Source of the DNA: a virus
Length of the DNA: 64,000 nucleotides
Reading direction: 5' to 3' (one strand)
IMG/VR virus record: IMGVR_UViG_3300025423_000009
Span: 53,948-117,947 of that record
The first letter of the stretch is position 1. Every line of letters begins with the position of its first letter. Both the position numbers and the translations under genes were made by a program. Below the pieces are notes generated by a model. The model was not told the DNA's origin. It saw only the letters and a list, made by a program, of their open reading frames with translations, and did not search any database. This document shows, piece after piece, positions 17,640 to 27,106 of the stretch.

Positions 17640-17788
17640 CCGATCAACATTTGATCATTATTCCAGTATTTCATCATGTTTCGAATCAGAAGGTAAAGGG
17701 TATCACCCGTATACATGTAGCAACCATGAAAGCATATCCAAATTGCCTTCTCGGATATTACTCCGGCTTTTTCTCGATATATTTTCAT
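17636..17788 (-). CDS. Small hypothetical protein
   Basis: MKIYREKAG... with ATGA overlaps at both ends. Confidence 0.5.
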   Translation of the reverse strand: MKIYREKAGVISEKAIWICFHGCYMYTGDTLYLLIRNMMKYWNNDQMLIG

Positions 17789-18738
17789 TTCCATTGAACG
17801 TTGGCCATGAGTTCGGTCAGGCACGCGACCGTGTTTAGCTCTTTATCGGCCACAAAGACGTTTTTATATTGATAGTCTGCCAAGATGATGACGGCCTGTG
17901 GAACCGCCGTGGGTTCCGCCGTGTCCGTGATGGAGTCGTAGATCGAACGATACACCTGTGCTGAATCGACGTCGTTGTTGGCGACGACCCAGGCTCGCAT
18001 GGTACGAAAGTCTTTTTCCTTCAGAGACTTGATGAGTTCCTGAATGCTCGAGTTCGAGAGTCCAACGATCGCATTAGCCGCAATCTCACCAGAGGCCGCA
18101 TGGCGCTGGCACTCATTGAGAACTCGACGCCAGTCCGGAGCGTGCTTGATGATGAGCTCGGCCAGCACGGCATCCGTAGCCTTGATTTTCTCGAGCTCGA
18201 GGATCTTCTTCAATCGCGTCATGAACTGACCGGCCAGACCGGCCAACTCCTTCTTGGTCGTGTTGAATTCAATGACGGCCAATCGTGAATGGAGAGGCTC
18301 AATGATACGATTCTTGAAGTTACAGGTCAGAATGAATCGACAGTTGGCCGAGAATTCCTCGATGAAGGCACGAAGTGCTGGCTGTGTCGACTGAGCATTC
18401 AGATAGTCCGCTTCGTCGAGAATGACGACCTTGGGCCGATTCGAGCCGCCCAGAGAAAAGGTGGAAGCAAAATGCTTGATCTTGTTACGAAGCACATCGA
18501 TGCCTGACTCTTCGGATCCGTTGATGAGAATGTAGTCACAGCCAAGTGCGTTACAGAGAGCTCGAGCCACCGTGGTCTTACCTAGGCCGGCCGTGCCGGT
18601 CAGCAGCATATTCTGAAGTTGACCGCTCTTGACGATCTCATTGAACGTCTTTTTCAGTGAGGTCGGCAGGATGCATTCGTCGATCGTGCGTGGTCGATAC
18701 TTTTCGACGAAGAGGAATTCATTTGAATTAGATGTCAT
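17785..18738 (-). CDS. 44: Clamp loader large subunit gp44
   Basis: FVEKYRP, GTAGLGKTT, ILDEAD, QPALR, SRL. Confidence 0.96.
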   Translation of the reverse strand: MTSNSNEFLFVEKYRPRTIDECILPTSLKKTFNEIVKSGQLQNMLLTGTAGLGKTTVARALCNALGCDYILINGSEESGIDVLRNKIKHFASTFSLGGSNRPKVVILDEADYLNAQSTQPALRAFIEEFSANCRFILTCNFKNRIIEPLHSRLAVIEFNTTKKELAGLAGQFMTRLKKILELEKIKATDAVLAELIIKHAPDWRRVLNECQRHAASGEIAANAIVGLSNSSIQELIKSLKEKDFRTMRAWVVANNDVDSAQVYRSIYDSITDTAEPTAVPQAVIILADYQYKNVFVADKELNTVACLTELMANVQWK

Positions 18739-18971
18739 ATAAAATTGGTCGAGATGGCCGGCTTCACACCGGCGTTGAATCGAATTCGTCAAACTCGACG
18801 TTCCTAAGAATTCTCATCATCAGGCGTTCCTTCCCGCAGTCGCTTTCTACGACGATGCATCTCGATAGAAAGCAAGGGTTTATTGATTCTACTTTAGGAG
18901 TTCTGCGCGCCTTGCAATCACGCTTTCCATAGGTACGCTCTTGATACGGTGGCAACCTACACCGTCGATTG

Positions 18972-19214
18972 TTATGCCGTATACACGGCCAAGATGGACT
19001 CGATTGGAACACGATAGGTGTCTTTGGAGACCTCAATCTGCTTGCCTCCGGCCACCTGCACACGATCACCAACCTTGATCGGCTCTTCGACTTTTGAACC
19101 TACTGACTGAACGATCCACTTCCATTCAGGCTCGATCGTCACGAGTAAGTTACTCTGCTGTGAAGCATAAGACGCCTCACGCTTGACGATGACATTCTTT
19201 CCGATAGCTTTCAT
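18972..19214 (-). CDS. GroES-like co-chaperonin (80 aa)
   Basis: MKAIGKNVIVK...VQSVG...IKVGDRV...ILAV. Confidence 0.65.
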   Translation of the reverse strand: MKAIGKNVIVKREASYASQQSNLLVTIEPEWKWIVQSVGSKVEEPIKVGDRVQVAGGKQIEVSKDTYRVPIESILAVYTA

Positions 19215-19225
19215 GATATTATGTA

Positions 19226-19897
19226 TCAGATCGTTGAGGTCTTCTCGAGTGCCACGAAGTATTCGAGCTTGAAGTCCTGATGAGTCCACTTGGAGATCAA
19301 TTTGGACGAGACTTCAACGGAGTAGTCGCCACTCATCACCTTGAGATTGTCGATCAGGAACTCCAGAGAGAACTCCTTGCCCAGCTGATGTTTCTCGATC
19401 AGCTCGATCGAGAACGTGTTGGCCGATGTGTCCTTGGGATCCAGAACGACCAGGCTCAACGAGCCGGATACTGTACCCTTCAGAGCGACGATGGAATGCC
19501 CAAGGACCGATGCGGCGCGGCGAATCTTGGAGAGCAGAGCATTCGTGACTTTCACTTGAATGTCGGCCACTGGCATCTTGATCTCCTTCTGAGGAGTCGT
19601 GAGGACCGATGGATTGGCAAATCGATACTTCAAAGTCGTCACGTCTTTGGAAAGGATCGCGGAGTCTTCTTGCAGATCGATTGTCGGATCATCGATCAGA
19701 TTTAATGCGGAGATGAACTCATTTAGATCGTAGACTCCAAAGGAACGATCGAACGTTTCCGGAACCGTGACCGTGGCCATGATGTTCTTGGCCTCCGCGA
19801 TCGTCGAGAAGGTATTGCCCTCCTTGATTACGAGATTGGGATTGATGGATGCGAAGTTCTTTAGAACGTCGAGTGTGAACTTGGATAGTTTAAGCAT
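19226..19897 (-). CDS. 45: Sliding clamp gp45
   Basis: MLKLSKFTL.VLKNFASINPNL...FGVYDLNEFISAL...YFVALE. Confidence 0.95.
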   Translation of the reverse strand: MLKLSKFTLDVLKNFASINPNLVIKEGNTFSTIAEAKNIMATVTVPETFDRSFGVYDLNEFISALNLIDDPTIDLQEDSAILSKDVTTLKYRFANPSVLTTPQKEIKMPVADIQVKVTNALLSKIRRAASVLGHSIVALKGTVSGSLSLVVLDPKDTSANTFSIELIEKHQLGKEFSLEFLIDNLKVMSGDYSVEVSSKLISKWTHQDFKLEYFVALEKTSTI

Positions 19898-20234
19898 GTG
19901 ATTTATTATTATTTGATTGCGGTTGTTGATCTTTTTCGGCAAATTGAAGATAAGCTCGTGCGTCGACGTAGTTGTCGGCATGAAACACACGTGCGGCACG
20001 TTGAACCTTGAAGGACACCATCATGAGCTCGACGAGCCATGATGGCATCGCATGATCCAGGCGAATCTGATAGTGCTGCTGAATCAGAGCGGTCCATGCC
20101 AGACCGATGTTCTCGTGGGACAGAGTCGCGTCGCCATATACCTTGCCGCGTTCGGCAATGGTCGCTTGAACGACGTCATTCGTGGATTGGGTGTCTTTCA
20201 TCGCTGAGTATGGGATCTTGGACATAAAATTCAT
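19890..20234 (-). CDS. DUF6378-like alpha-helical protein
   Basis: ERGKVYGD...IGLAW...MMVSFKVQR...H.DNYVDA.AY. Confidence 0.65.
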   Translation of the reverse strand: MNFMSKIPYSAMKDTQSTNDVVQATIAERGKVYGDATLSHENIGLAWTALIQQHYQIRLDHAMPSWLVELMMVSFKVQRAARVFHADNYVDARAYLQFAEKDQQPQSNNNKSHA

Positions 20235-20306
20235 TGATCGATCTGAAGATAAGCGGCCGACCTGGGATCGAACATCCAGATCGGCCGCCATTGATCATTC
20301 GAGCGA

Positions 20307-20606
20307 TTAGTTGCTCAAACGATAACGATTCTCGATGCCGGCCGGAGTGCGACCATAGTTGCACGCGTGTGGACGACGCCCGGTGGCGGACTTGCCAGTC
20401 TTCGCGTTGTGGGGATTCGAGTAGATGATGAAGCCATCATCGCGAAGCTTGGTCACGACGGAAGTCGGATTGGTGATGCCGGCCGCACGAGCTTCAGCGT
20501 TCGTGAACGGCATACCTTGAGAGAGGGTTTCGAGGATCGCACCCTTCTGTGTGCCGGTGGCTTTGTAGTTCTTGATGAGCTGTTTGATTGCAGTCTTATT
20601 GTTCAT
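20307..20606 (-). CDS. Winged-helix DNA-binding protein
   Basis: ILETLSQG..FT.AEAR...NPTSVV..LR..GF.IY, a pattern common in T4-like phages. Confidence 0.65.
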   Translation of the reverse strand: MNNKTAIKQLIKNYKATGTQKGAILETLSQGMPFTNAEARAAGITNPTSVVTKLRDDGFIIYSNPHNAKTGKSATGRRPHACNYGRTPAGIENRYRLSN

Positions 20607-20676
20607 GTTATGTTGTTTTCAATTGCCGATTTATTGTTTTCTCAGTGGTACTCGGCTAACATACCGTTGAGAGATC

Positions 20677-20705
20677 ATAATAAACTGAGTGAGTCGACTT
20701 GTACA
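20677..20705 (-). promoter_or_regulatory. Sigma70-like early promoter
   Basis: TGTACA-17nt-TATTAT. Confidence 0.55.
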
Positions 20706-20723
20706 GCCAATTGTTTCCCAGCG

Positions 20724-21689
20724 TCACGCCTCAATGAGCTTATACTTCTTGCCATCAATCTCGATAAGCTTGCCAACACATGAGGATTCAGGCTTCGATT
20801 CTTTCTTTGGAGCGGGAACGATGACAAGCTTACCGTAACCCACATCACCAATAAATGTAGCGCATTGAATCTCATACTTGTCGATCGCGCATTTTTCATA
20901 TACGTTAATTCCAGCGAAAACCGTCAGGCCAGCATTGATGCCCTCGCCAGCCTTGATGCCCTCGCCAGCATTGATGCCACAGCCAGCCTCGATGCCCGTG
21001 CCAGCCTTGATGCCCCAGCCAGCCTTGATGCCACAGCCAGCCTCGATGCCACAGCCAACATCGATGCCCCAGCCAGCCTCGATGCCACAGCCAACATCGA
21101 TGCCCCAGCCAGCATTGATGCCCGTGCCAGCCTTGATGCCCCAGCCAGCATTGATGCCACAGCCAGCCTTGATGCCATAGCCAGCCTTGATGCCCCCGCC
21201 AGCATTGATGCCCCAGCCAGCATTGATGCCCTCGCCAGCCTCGATGCCCCAGCCAGCCGTGATGCCCTCGCCGGCATTGATGCCATGGCCAGCATTGATG
21301 CCCTCGCCAGCCTTGATGCCCCCGCCAGCATTGATGCCCTCGCCAGCCTTGATGCCCTCGCCAGCATTGATGCCATGGCCAGCATTGATGCCCTCGCCAG
21401 CCTTGATGCCCCCGCCAGCATTGATGCCCCAGCCAGCATTGATGCCCTCGCCAGCCTCGATGCCACAGCCAGCCTTGATGCCACAGCCAGCATTGATGCC
21501 CCAGCCAGCATTGATGCCACAGCCAGCGCCAAAAACTATGCTTCCGGTACAGCTTATGCCTTTATGGAAACGAATGACTCCTAGATCATCATCAGACGTA
21601 ATATGCCCATCGAAGTTTTCAAGATTCTGAGCACCGACATAGAAGTTGTTCTCGTCAAGGTGACTTTTAGCAATAGCGAATGTTTTCAT
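20724..21689 (-). CDS. Hexapeptide-repeat (xGIxAG) beta-solenoid protein
   Basis: 33 tandem [WECGHYT]GI[NKEDT][AV]G units between unique ends; C-terminal CVGKLIEIDGKKYKL. Confidence 0.8.
   Translation of the reverse strand: MKTFAIAKSHLDENNFYVGAQNLENFDGHITSDDDLGVIRFHKGISCTGSIVFGAGCGINAGWGINAGCGIKAGCGIEAGEGINAGWGINAGGGIKAGEGINAGHGINAGEGIKAGEGINAGGGIKAGEGINAGHGINAGEGITAGWGIEAGEGINAGWGINAGGGIKAGYGIKAGCGINAGWGIKAGTGINAGWGIDVGCGIEAGWGIDVGCGIEAGCGIKAGWGIKAGTGIEAGCGINAGEGIKAGEGINAGLTVFAGINVYEKCAIDKYEIQCATFIGDVGYGKLVIVPAPKKESKPESSCVGKLIEIDGKKYKLIEA
20929..21526. repeat. 18-bp coding tandem repeat, about 33 units
   Basis: ccagc(a/c)t(t/c)gatgccnnn repeated without spacers. Confidence 0.95.
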
Positions 21690-21739
21690 AATTAGTTGGT
21701 GATTGAATTGGTTGTGATTAGAATGACACGTTTGCTAAA

Positions 21740-22951
21740 TCACCGCTCAGCGTTCGATTCAGTGACTGGTGGTGGAACGGGCGTGGACGAAGGAATGATC
21801 GACGGATCGATCTTCGTGTAGAGATCCATGAAAGCCGCCTTGGTGTCAGAGTCGAATCGTGAGATGCACAGCTGAATCGATTCCATGCGCTCACCAAAGA
21901 TCGCAAACGACTTGACGATGTGACAAAGACGGCGAGTCGAAATGACTTCTTCGATGGCGTCCTGCTCGAAAGTCTTGCGAATGACTTCCGACCAGTCACA
22001 GAGCTTGGTGGCGAAATCCTCGTCGATGCGACCGAACTTCTCCATGTGCTTGAGAACGATCTTCTTCTCCGTATACTTCGGAGCGTATGGCTGCTCGATT
22101 GTGGCCACGAAGCGTTCGAGGAAAGCCTCATCGATGATCGTTGCGGCCGCGAATCGGCCGTCGTCGGAGCCGCGACCCTTGGTGTTGGCCGTCGCGATGA
22201 CGTTGAAACCTTTGGCCGGATGAATCACCTGACCGGTCTTCTTGATGAGCACCGGATTGCCTTCGAGGACGCCTTGCAGGCACATAATTTTGTTCGAACC
22301 ACGATCGATCTCGTCGATGAGCAGAAGGCATCCACGTTCCATGGCCTTGATGACCGGACCTTTGCAGAAGACGGTCTCACCGTTGAGAAGACGAAAACCG
22401 CCGATCAGATCGTCCTCGTCCGTCTCAGGCGAGATCTGCACGCGAATATATTCGCGCTTGAGCTTGGCACAGCATTGCTCGACCATCTTGGTCTTGCCAT
22501 TGCCGGACAGGCCGGAGATGAAGAGCGGAAAGAAGAGCTCCGAAGCGACCGCACGAAGCACCGTGTCGTAAGCGCCCCAGCGCACGTAGGTTGGATCGAT
22601 CTCGGGCACATATGCGTCCGCGGACATAATTGATTGAACTCCGGCCGACATTTGAAAGGCGAGTGACGGCACCGTGGGAGCCATCGGAGCGGGCGACGAA
22701 GTGGCCGCTGCCGGAGCCGGTGAGTGAGTTGGAGGGATCACGGTGCCGTCAAGACGAGCGAAGAGCTGAGCAAGATCATACTTGCCACGGCCGATGTTGA
22801 ACTCGGACCGCATGAGCACTTCGTAAATTTGATTCCAAGTGAAGCCGTTGGCTCGCGCCACCTGCTTGATGTGTTCGGAGGTGTGAATTGTGCCGGCGCT
22901 CGAGCCCTTGAGCTGAGCCAGCGTTTGATTGATTTTAGCTTGTTCGATCAT
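21740..22951 (-). CDS. MoxR/CobS-like AAA+ ATPase
   Basis: GLSGNGKT, TDEDDLIGG, LLIDEID, ATANTKGRG, AFLERF, ISTRRL. Confidence 0.9.
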   Translation of the reverse strand: MIEQAKINQTLAQLKGSSAGTIHTSEHIKQVARANGFTWNQIYEVLMRSEFNIGRGKYDLAQLFARLDGTVIPPTHSPAPAAATSSPAPMAPTVPSLAFQMSAGVQSIMSADAYVPEIDPTYVRWGAYDTVLRAVASELFFPLFISGLSGNGKTKMVEQCCAKLKREYIRVQISPETDEDDLIGGFRLLNGETVFCKGPVIKAMERGCLLLIDEIDRGSNKIMCLQGVLEGNPVLIKKTGQVIHPAKGFNVIATANTKGRGSDDGRFAAATIIDEAFLERFVATIEQPYAPKYTEKKIVLKHMEKFGRIDEDFATKLCDWSEVIRKTFEQDAIEEVISTRRLCHIVKSFAIFGERMESIQLCISRFDSDTKAAFMDLYTKIDPSIIPSSTPVPPPVTESNAER

Positions 22952-23030
22952 GATATAATTCTATCAAGTATTGTCGGTTTGTAAATAAAAAAGTGATGGA
23001 GTATTTGATTGCAAATCAGCTACTTGCACA
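22941..23030 (-). promoter_or_regulatory. Duplicated early promoter module, copy 1
   Basis: TTTACA-16-TAGAAT-6nt-ATG with the upstream 22-mer ttgcaaatcagctacttgcaca at 23009-23030. Confidence 0.75.
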
Positions 23031-23033
23031 AGC

Positions 23034-25304
23034 TTAGGCAATTTGAGCCGCGAACTTGTTGAGGAGAATGCGAGAATTGCGCTTGTCGGAATTGAATTTC
23101 GTGAAGGCTCGTGACATTTTGGACGTCGTCATCTTGGCATCAGAATCGGATTCCGGATCGAATGATTCATCGTCCGTGATGACGAGGTCGCTCGGAGTGC
23201 CGAGGACGTAGTAGGCATCGAAGCCAAAGCCACCACGAATCTCGACGAAATGTTGCTTGCGATAGGCTTTCTTGAGATTCTCCAGAAGTTCCTGTGTCTC
23301 GGAGCTCGAGTTGCGTTTGAGACCACGCAAAGCACCATTCACTTTCGTCATGGCCAGTTTCTCACTTCCAGGAACGAAGAAGCAAGTGACCGTGCAGTTG
23401 CAGGTCTCACGAAGAGATTCGATGAGCTTATCGTAGTTGCCGGAAAAGCCATAAGTCAGATCGATTCGACGGCCATTGATGATTCCGGTATATTTGCTAT
23501 TGATGGACGGCTTCTGACCAAGCTTTTCGGCAACATCGGAGTTGTAAACGTAATTGAGGCCACTGCCGTCACCGTCCGTAAGAAAGAGCACACTGACCTT
23601 CTGAACCGGATTGACCTGACGAAACTGACGAACCAGAACGTGAGCCGCAACGATCGCCTCGAGGAGAGGAGTGCCACTAAGCTCTTCAAGCTTACTCGTA
23701 ACCGGACAATTGTAGTTGCTCAATGGATTGTATACAATCGCGTCGACGCGGTAGCCTTTACGCCAGGCCACATGTGTCAGAGTCTCGGAGACGGCCAATT
23801 CGAACTCGGCCTTGCTCATCTTGCTCGAGAAGATCTCGATCATTTGAAGGTCTTCGATTCGAATCTCATCGTGAGCCTGAGCGGCGAGAATGGCCGGCTT
23901 GGAGACACTTGGATTCGTGAAGCCAAGGACTCGAAAGGGAATGTTTAGAGAGCGGCAGAACATCACCAGATTGACCGTGTGTTCGAGGACCGTGCCGAGC
24001 ACAGTATTCATTGAAGATGAGTAGTCGACAAAGAACACCATGCCATGATTCTTGGCATCGGCCAAGCGTGTCGCGGACTTGAATATATCGTCCGCATACT
24101 TGTAGCTGTGCAAACGATTGACATTGATGATGCCGGTCGAGGACACCGTAGCACGAGAATATTGATAAGCCGCCTTGCGCATGTTGAACTCGGTGGCCAG
24201 AGTGGCCACGTACTTCTTGGCCTTGGCACGGAGTTTAGTCACCTCGGTCTGCACACCAGCATCGGCCATGTAGCACGCATAGCCCGGGCACTTGGCACGT
24301 TCGGCCATCACTTCGGAGAATGGAATGATCAGGCTCTCGATCGTCTTTGTCGAAGGCATCGAGAAGTGACGATTGCCGTCGTTAACCGCCATGTCTTTGA
24401 CGGCCTGCTGAAGCGCTTGCTCGGTCTGAGAAGTGAGCTCGGAGATGAGATCACTATAGTCCTGCTGATCGTCACTTTGACTGGACGTTGAATTGTTGCC
24501 GTCGACTTCTTCGGATTGATCGCTTTCGGTCTGAGCGGATGAGGTGGTGCGTTTTGCCTCGGCTTCGTCACCAGAATCGGCTTCGTCGGCCTTGTCGTCG
24601 GATGAATCGGCTTCGTCACCAGAATCGGCTTCGTCACCAGAATCGGCTTCGGAAGGCTGATCGGCCGTAGGATGCTGAGGAGCATCGGCATCCGGCTTAC
24701 TGGAAGGTGTCGGCTGCTTGGATTGTTGAGATTGCTTGCCGACGAGTTCGGCCAGTTCCTTGCAGACGGACAGGACGTCGTCAAAAGTCTGAGCGGCCAT
24801 TGCCTTGTCGTAAATCACCAACTCCGAAGCCGTCAGAGGAACCTGAACGGCGCCGCGAGTCTTGGCATGGATGTTGAGGCGATCGGCCACGTTGAGGGAC
24901 GCCAGATCTTTGCCTTTGATGCCAAAGAAGTCATCGGCCACGAACTGAGCGTATGCGGCACGAAAGGTGGAAGACAAGCCAGGATATGTGTCTTGAATCA
25001 TTCGCTCGATGCGAATGTCCTCGACGATGTTGCAGATCGAGAACGGAACGCCGGGAAGGGCATCATGAAAGCGAGTGTGACCATTGGCCGGCGTATAGAG
25101 AGCATGGCCGACTTCGTGGCCACAAAGCAAATCATATACGTTCTTGCCTTTATTCTGCCAGAGGGGAAGGCCAAGCACACGATGCTTGACATCGAAATAT
25201 GCCGTCGTGTAGTTGCCGTGCTGAATCCGGACGTTTTCCTTGGCCAGCAGCTTGGCGAGCATGCCTTGCTGTTCCAGATTTACGGCTTGATGTTGTTCGA
25301 TCAT
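23034..25304 (-). CDS. HExxH metallopeptidase-like plus vWA (CobT-like) protein, partner of the MoxR ATPase
   Basis: HEVGHALYT, NIVEDIRIE, acidic EADSGD-repeat linker, MIDAS VDYSSSM, GTP, FLTDG. Confidence 0.85.
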   Translation of the reverse strand: MIEQHQAVNLEQQGMLAKLLAKENVRIQHGNYTTAYFDVKHRVLGLPLWQNKGKNVYDLLCGHEVGHALYTPANGHTRFHDALPGVPFSICNIVEDIRIERMIQDTYPGLSSTFRAAYAQFVADDFFGIKGKDLASLNVADRLNIHAKTRGAVQVPLTASELVIYDKAMAAQTFDDVLSVCKELAELVGKQSQQSKQPTPSSKPDADAPQHPTADQPSEADSGDEADSGDEADSSDDKADEADSGDEAEAKRTTSSAQTESDQSEEVDGNNSTSSQSDDQQDYSDLISELTSQTEQALQQAVKDMAVNDGNRHFSMPSTKTIESLIIPFSEVMAERAKCPGYACYMADAGVQTEVTKLRAKAKKYVATLATEFNMRKAAYQYSRATVSSTGIINVNRLHSYKYADDIFKSATRLADAKNHGMVFFVDYSSSMNTVLGTVLEHTVNLVMFCRSLNIPFRVLGFTNPSVSKPAILAAQAHDEIRIEDLQMIEIFSSKMSKAEFELAVSETLTHVAWRKGYRVDAIVYNPLSNYNCPVTSKLEELSGTPLLEAIVAAHVLVRQFRQVNPVQKVSVLFLTDGDGSGLNYVYNSDVAEKLGQKPSINSKYTGIINGRRIDLTYGFSGNYDKLIESLRETCNCTVTCFFVPGSEKLAMTKVNGALRGLKRNSSSETQELLENLKKAYRKQHFVEIRGGFGFDAYYVLGTPSDLVITDDESFDPESDSDAKMTTSKMSRAFTKFNSDKRNSRILLNKFAAQIA

Positions 25305-25383
25305 GTATACATTCTACAGCAGAATGCCGGAATGTAAACAAAAAAGTGCTAAAATATCTCGTTGCAAATCAGCTACTTGCACA
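25294..25383 (-). promoter_or_regulatory. Duplicated early promoter module, copy 2
   Basis: TTTACA-16-TAGAAT-6nt-ATG; identical 22-mer at 25362-25383 at the same spacing as copy 1. Confidence 0.75.
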
Positions 25384-25390
25384 CGGACCG

Positions 25391-27103
25391 TCACTTGAGC
25401 TGAGAAAACAGCCCATTCTTCTCAAATTCGAGCTTTCCAACCATTCGATCGGCCATCGCATCCGGTTTATGAGTGATGACGAAAACGTTGGTGGCCGTCA
25501 TCGTATTCAGGATCTTCAGAAGGCAATCCACACCATCGGAGTCCAGAGATGAATCGAAAGTCTCATCAAGGATCAGCAGATTGGTCGAATTGTGATTCTT
25601 GAGCTTGGCGATCTGACGCCACGTGAAAAGAATCGCCAAATTGATTCGGGACTTTTCTCCTTCCGAGAATGAAGCATACGAAAAGTCGTCTCGATGCCGA
25701 GAGCGAATCGTTTCCTCAAACGATTCATTGAGAGTGAACGAAACAAAGAAGTCGAGGATCTGCAGGTACTGATTGATGCACTTGTTCATCAGAGGCACGT
25801 ATTGCTTAATGACTTTGGTCTTGATTCCGGTGTCACGGAGCATCTCCTGCGCAACGTCTTGATACGTCCTCTCTTCATTCAGATCTCCCTTTCGAACGAT
25901 CAGAGCTTCCCGTTCCGAGCGAGAAGCCTCAAGCTCCTGAACGATCGGCGTCGTATCGGCCTTAATTGCCGATGATTTGATTTTGTTTCGAAGATCCTCG
26001 AGACGGCGTTCGAGTCCGCGAAGTGAAGCCAGTGTCGTCATCGAGGCGATGTGAACCTTTTTGAGACGCGACCATTCTTCCTGAGTGGTCATCAGAATCA
26101 GATGATGATTCTCACGATGCTCGTCAAGGTGCTTCAGGCCATCGATCAGTTCCTGCAGTTTCTTCTTTCCAGCCTGAAGCTTCTCTTGACGAAACTCCTC
26201 GGCGATGTACTGATCACAGGTCTGGCAGTGACGATTCTTCTCGTAGTAGTCGACTTCCTTTTGCTGACGATCTTGATTGTTGGAGATCTGAGAGCGAAAG
26301 CCGTCAAAGCGGCTCATCTTGATTCGAGCATTCTCGACTTCTTCGTCGACTCGCTTCTGATTAGCCTCATATTCATCATCGAGTTTTTTTAGTTCGGCCT
26401 TCTTCTCATTGATCTGAGATTCCAGTGTCTGGCATTCGGATGCAAGCTCGAGCTTACTCTGAGCGTTCAGATCGTGGAGTTCATGAAGGTGCTTCTCCTG
26501 AAGCTTGATTCGCTCATTGATCATCGTGATCTTCTCGGTCACGTCACGAATCTCTTCCTTCAATTTGGCCATTCGTTCCTTCAGGCCGTCGTTCATCTGC
26601 GAGAAGATCGCAATGTCCAAAAGATCCTCGATCATATCTCGACGATCCCAGATCGGCATCTGCATGAACGGAACAAAGTTGCCAGCACCAAGGACAACGA
26701 TCTGATCAAATGAACGTTTGTTCATCTTCAGAATGTTGTTCTCGAGAAGTTTCTGATAGTCGCGAGAGTGTGACTCCTGATTCAACATCTGACCATTCTT
26801 CCAGATCTCGAAGATCGAGGGCTTGTATCCACGAATGACACGATAGGTATCGGATCCGATCGAAAACTCAATCTGAACCTCGCAGTTCTTTCCATTCACG
26901 GAGTTGATCAGCTGTGGATTCTTGATGTCGCGATGTGGCTTGCCAAACAGAGCGAAAGACAAAGCATCGATCATCGTCGACTTTCCAGCACCGTTGGTTC
27001 CCACGACCAGAGTCGTTGAATGTCGATTCAGCTGAATTCGAACCGGATTGTCTCCAGACGAAAGGAAGTTCTTGTACTGTAGTGATTGAAACGTGATGGC
27101 CAT
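25391..27103 (-). CDS. 46: Recombination ATPase gp46 (SbcC/Rad50-like)
   Basis: YKNFLSSG, GTNGAGKST, coiled coil with CQTC hook, FSEGEK, LILDE. Confidence 0.96.
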   Translation of the reverse strand: MAITFQSLQYKNFLSSGDNPVRIQLNRHSTTLVVGTNGAGKSTMIDALSFALFGKPHRDIKNPQLINSVNGKNCEVQIEFSIGSDTYRVIRGYKPSIFEIWKNGQMLNQESHSRDYQKLLENNILKMNKRSFDQIVVLGAGNFVPFMQMPIWDRRDMIEDLLDIAIFSQMNDGLKERMAKLKEEIRDVTEKITMINERIKLQEKHLHELHDLNAQSKLELASECQTLESQINEKKAELKKLDDEYEANQKRVDEEVENARIKMSRFDGFRSQISNNQDRQQKEVDYYEKNRHCQTCDQYIAEEFRQEKLQAGKKKLQELIDGLKHLDEHRENHHLILMTTQEEWSRLKKVHIASMTTLASLRGLERRLEDLRNKIKSSAIKADTTPIVQELEASRSEREALIVRKGDLNEERTYQDVAQEMLRDTGIKTKVIKQYVPLMNKCINQYLQILDFFVSFTLNESFEETIRSRHRDDFSYASFSEGEKSRINLAILFTWRQIAKLKNHNSTNLLILDETFDSSLDSDGVDCLLKILNTMTATNVFVITHKPDAMADRMVGKLEFEKNGLFSQLK

Positions 27104-27106
27104 GAT

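Noticed and set aside
18764-19072. 102-aa and 66-aa ORFs between groES and gp44
   Set aside because: Overlap real genes, with atypical composition and no motifs.
20929-21526. CRISPR array or DGR variable region
   Set aside because: No spacers, the repeats are in-frame codons, and no cas or reverse transcriptase is present.
20865-21630. Long plus-strand and alternative-frame ORFs (ASLDA/MPQPA repeats)
   Set aside because: Shadows of the 18-bp repeat; only the minus GIxAG frame has unique flanks and follows gene polarity.
21740-25304. Genuine cobalamin biosynthesis (cobS/cobT)
   Set aside because: No other cob genes; MoxR-vWA pairs in T4-like phages are commonly mislabelled this way.
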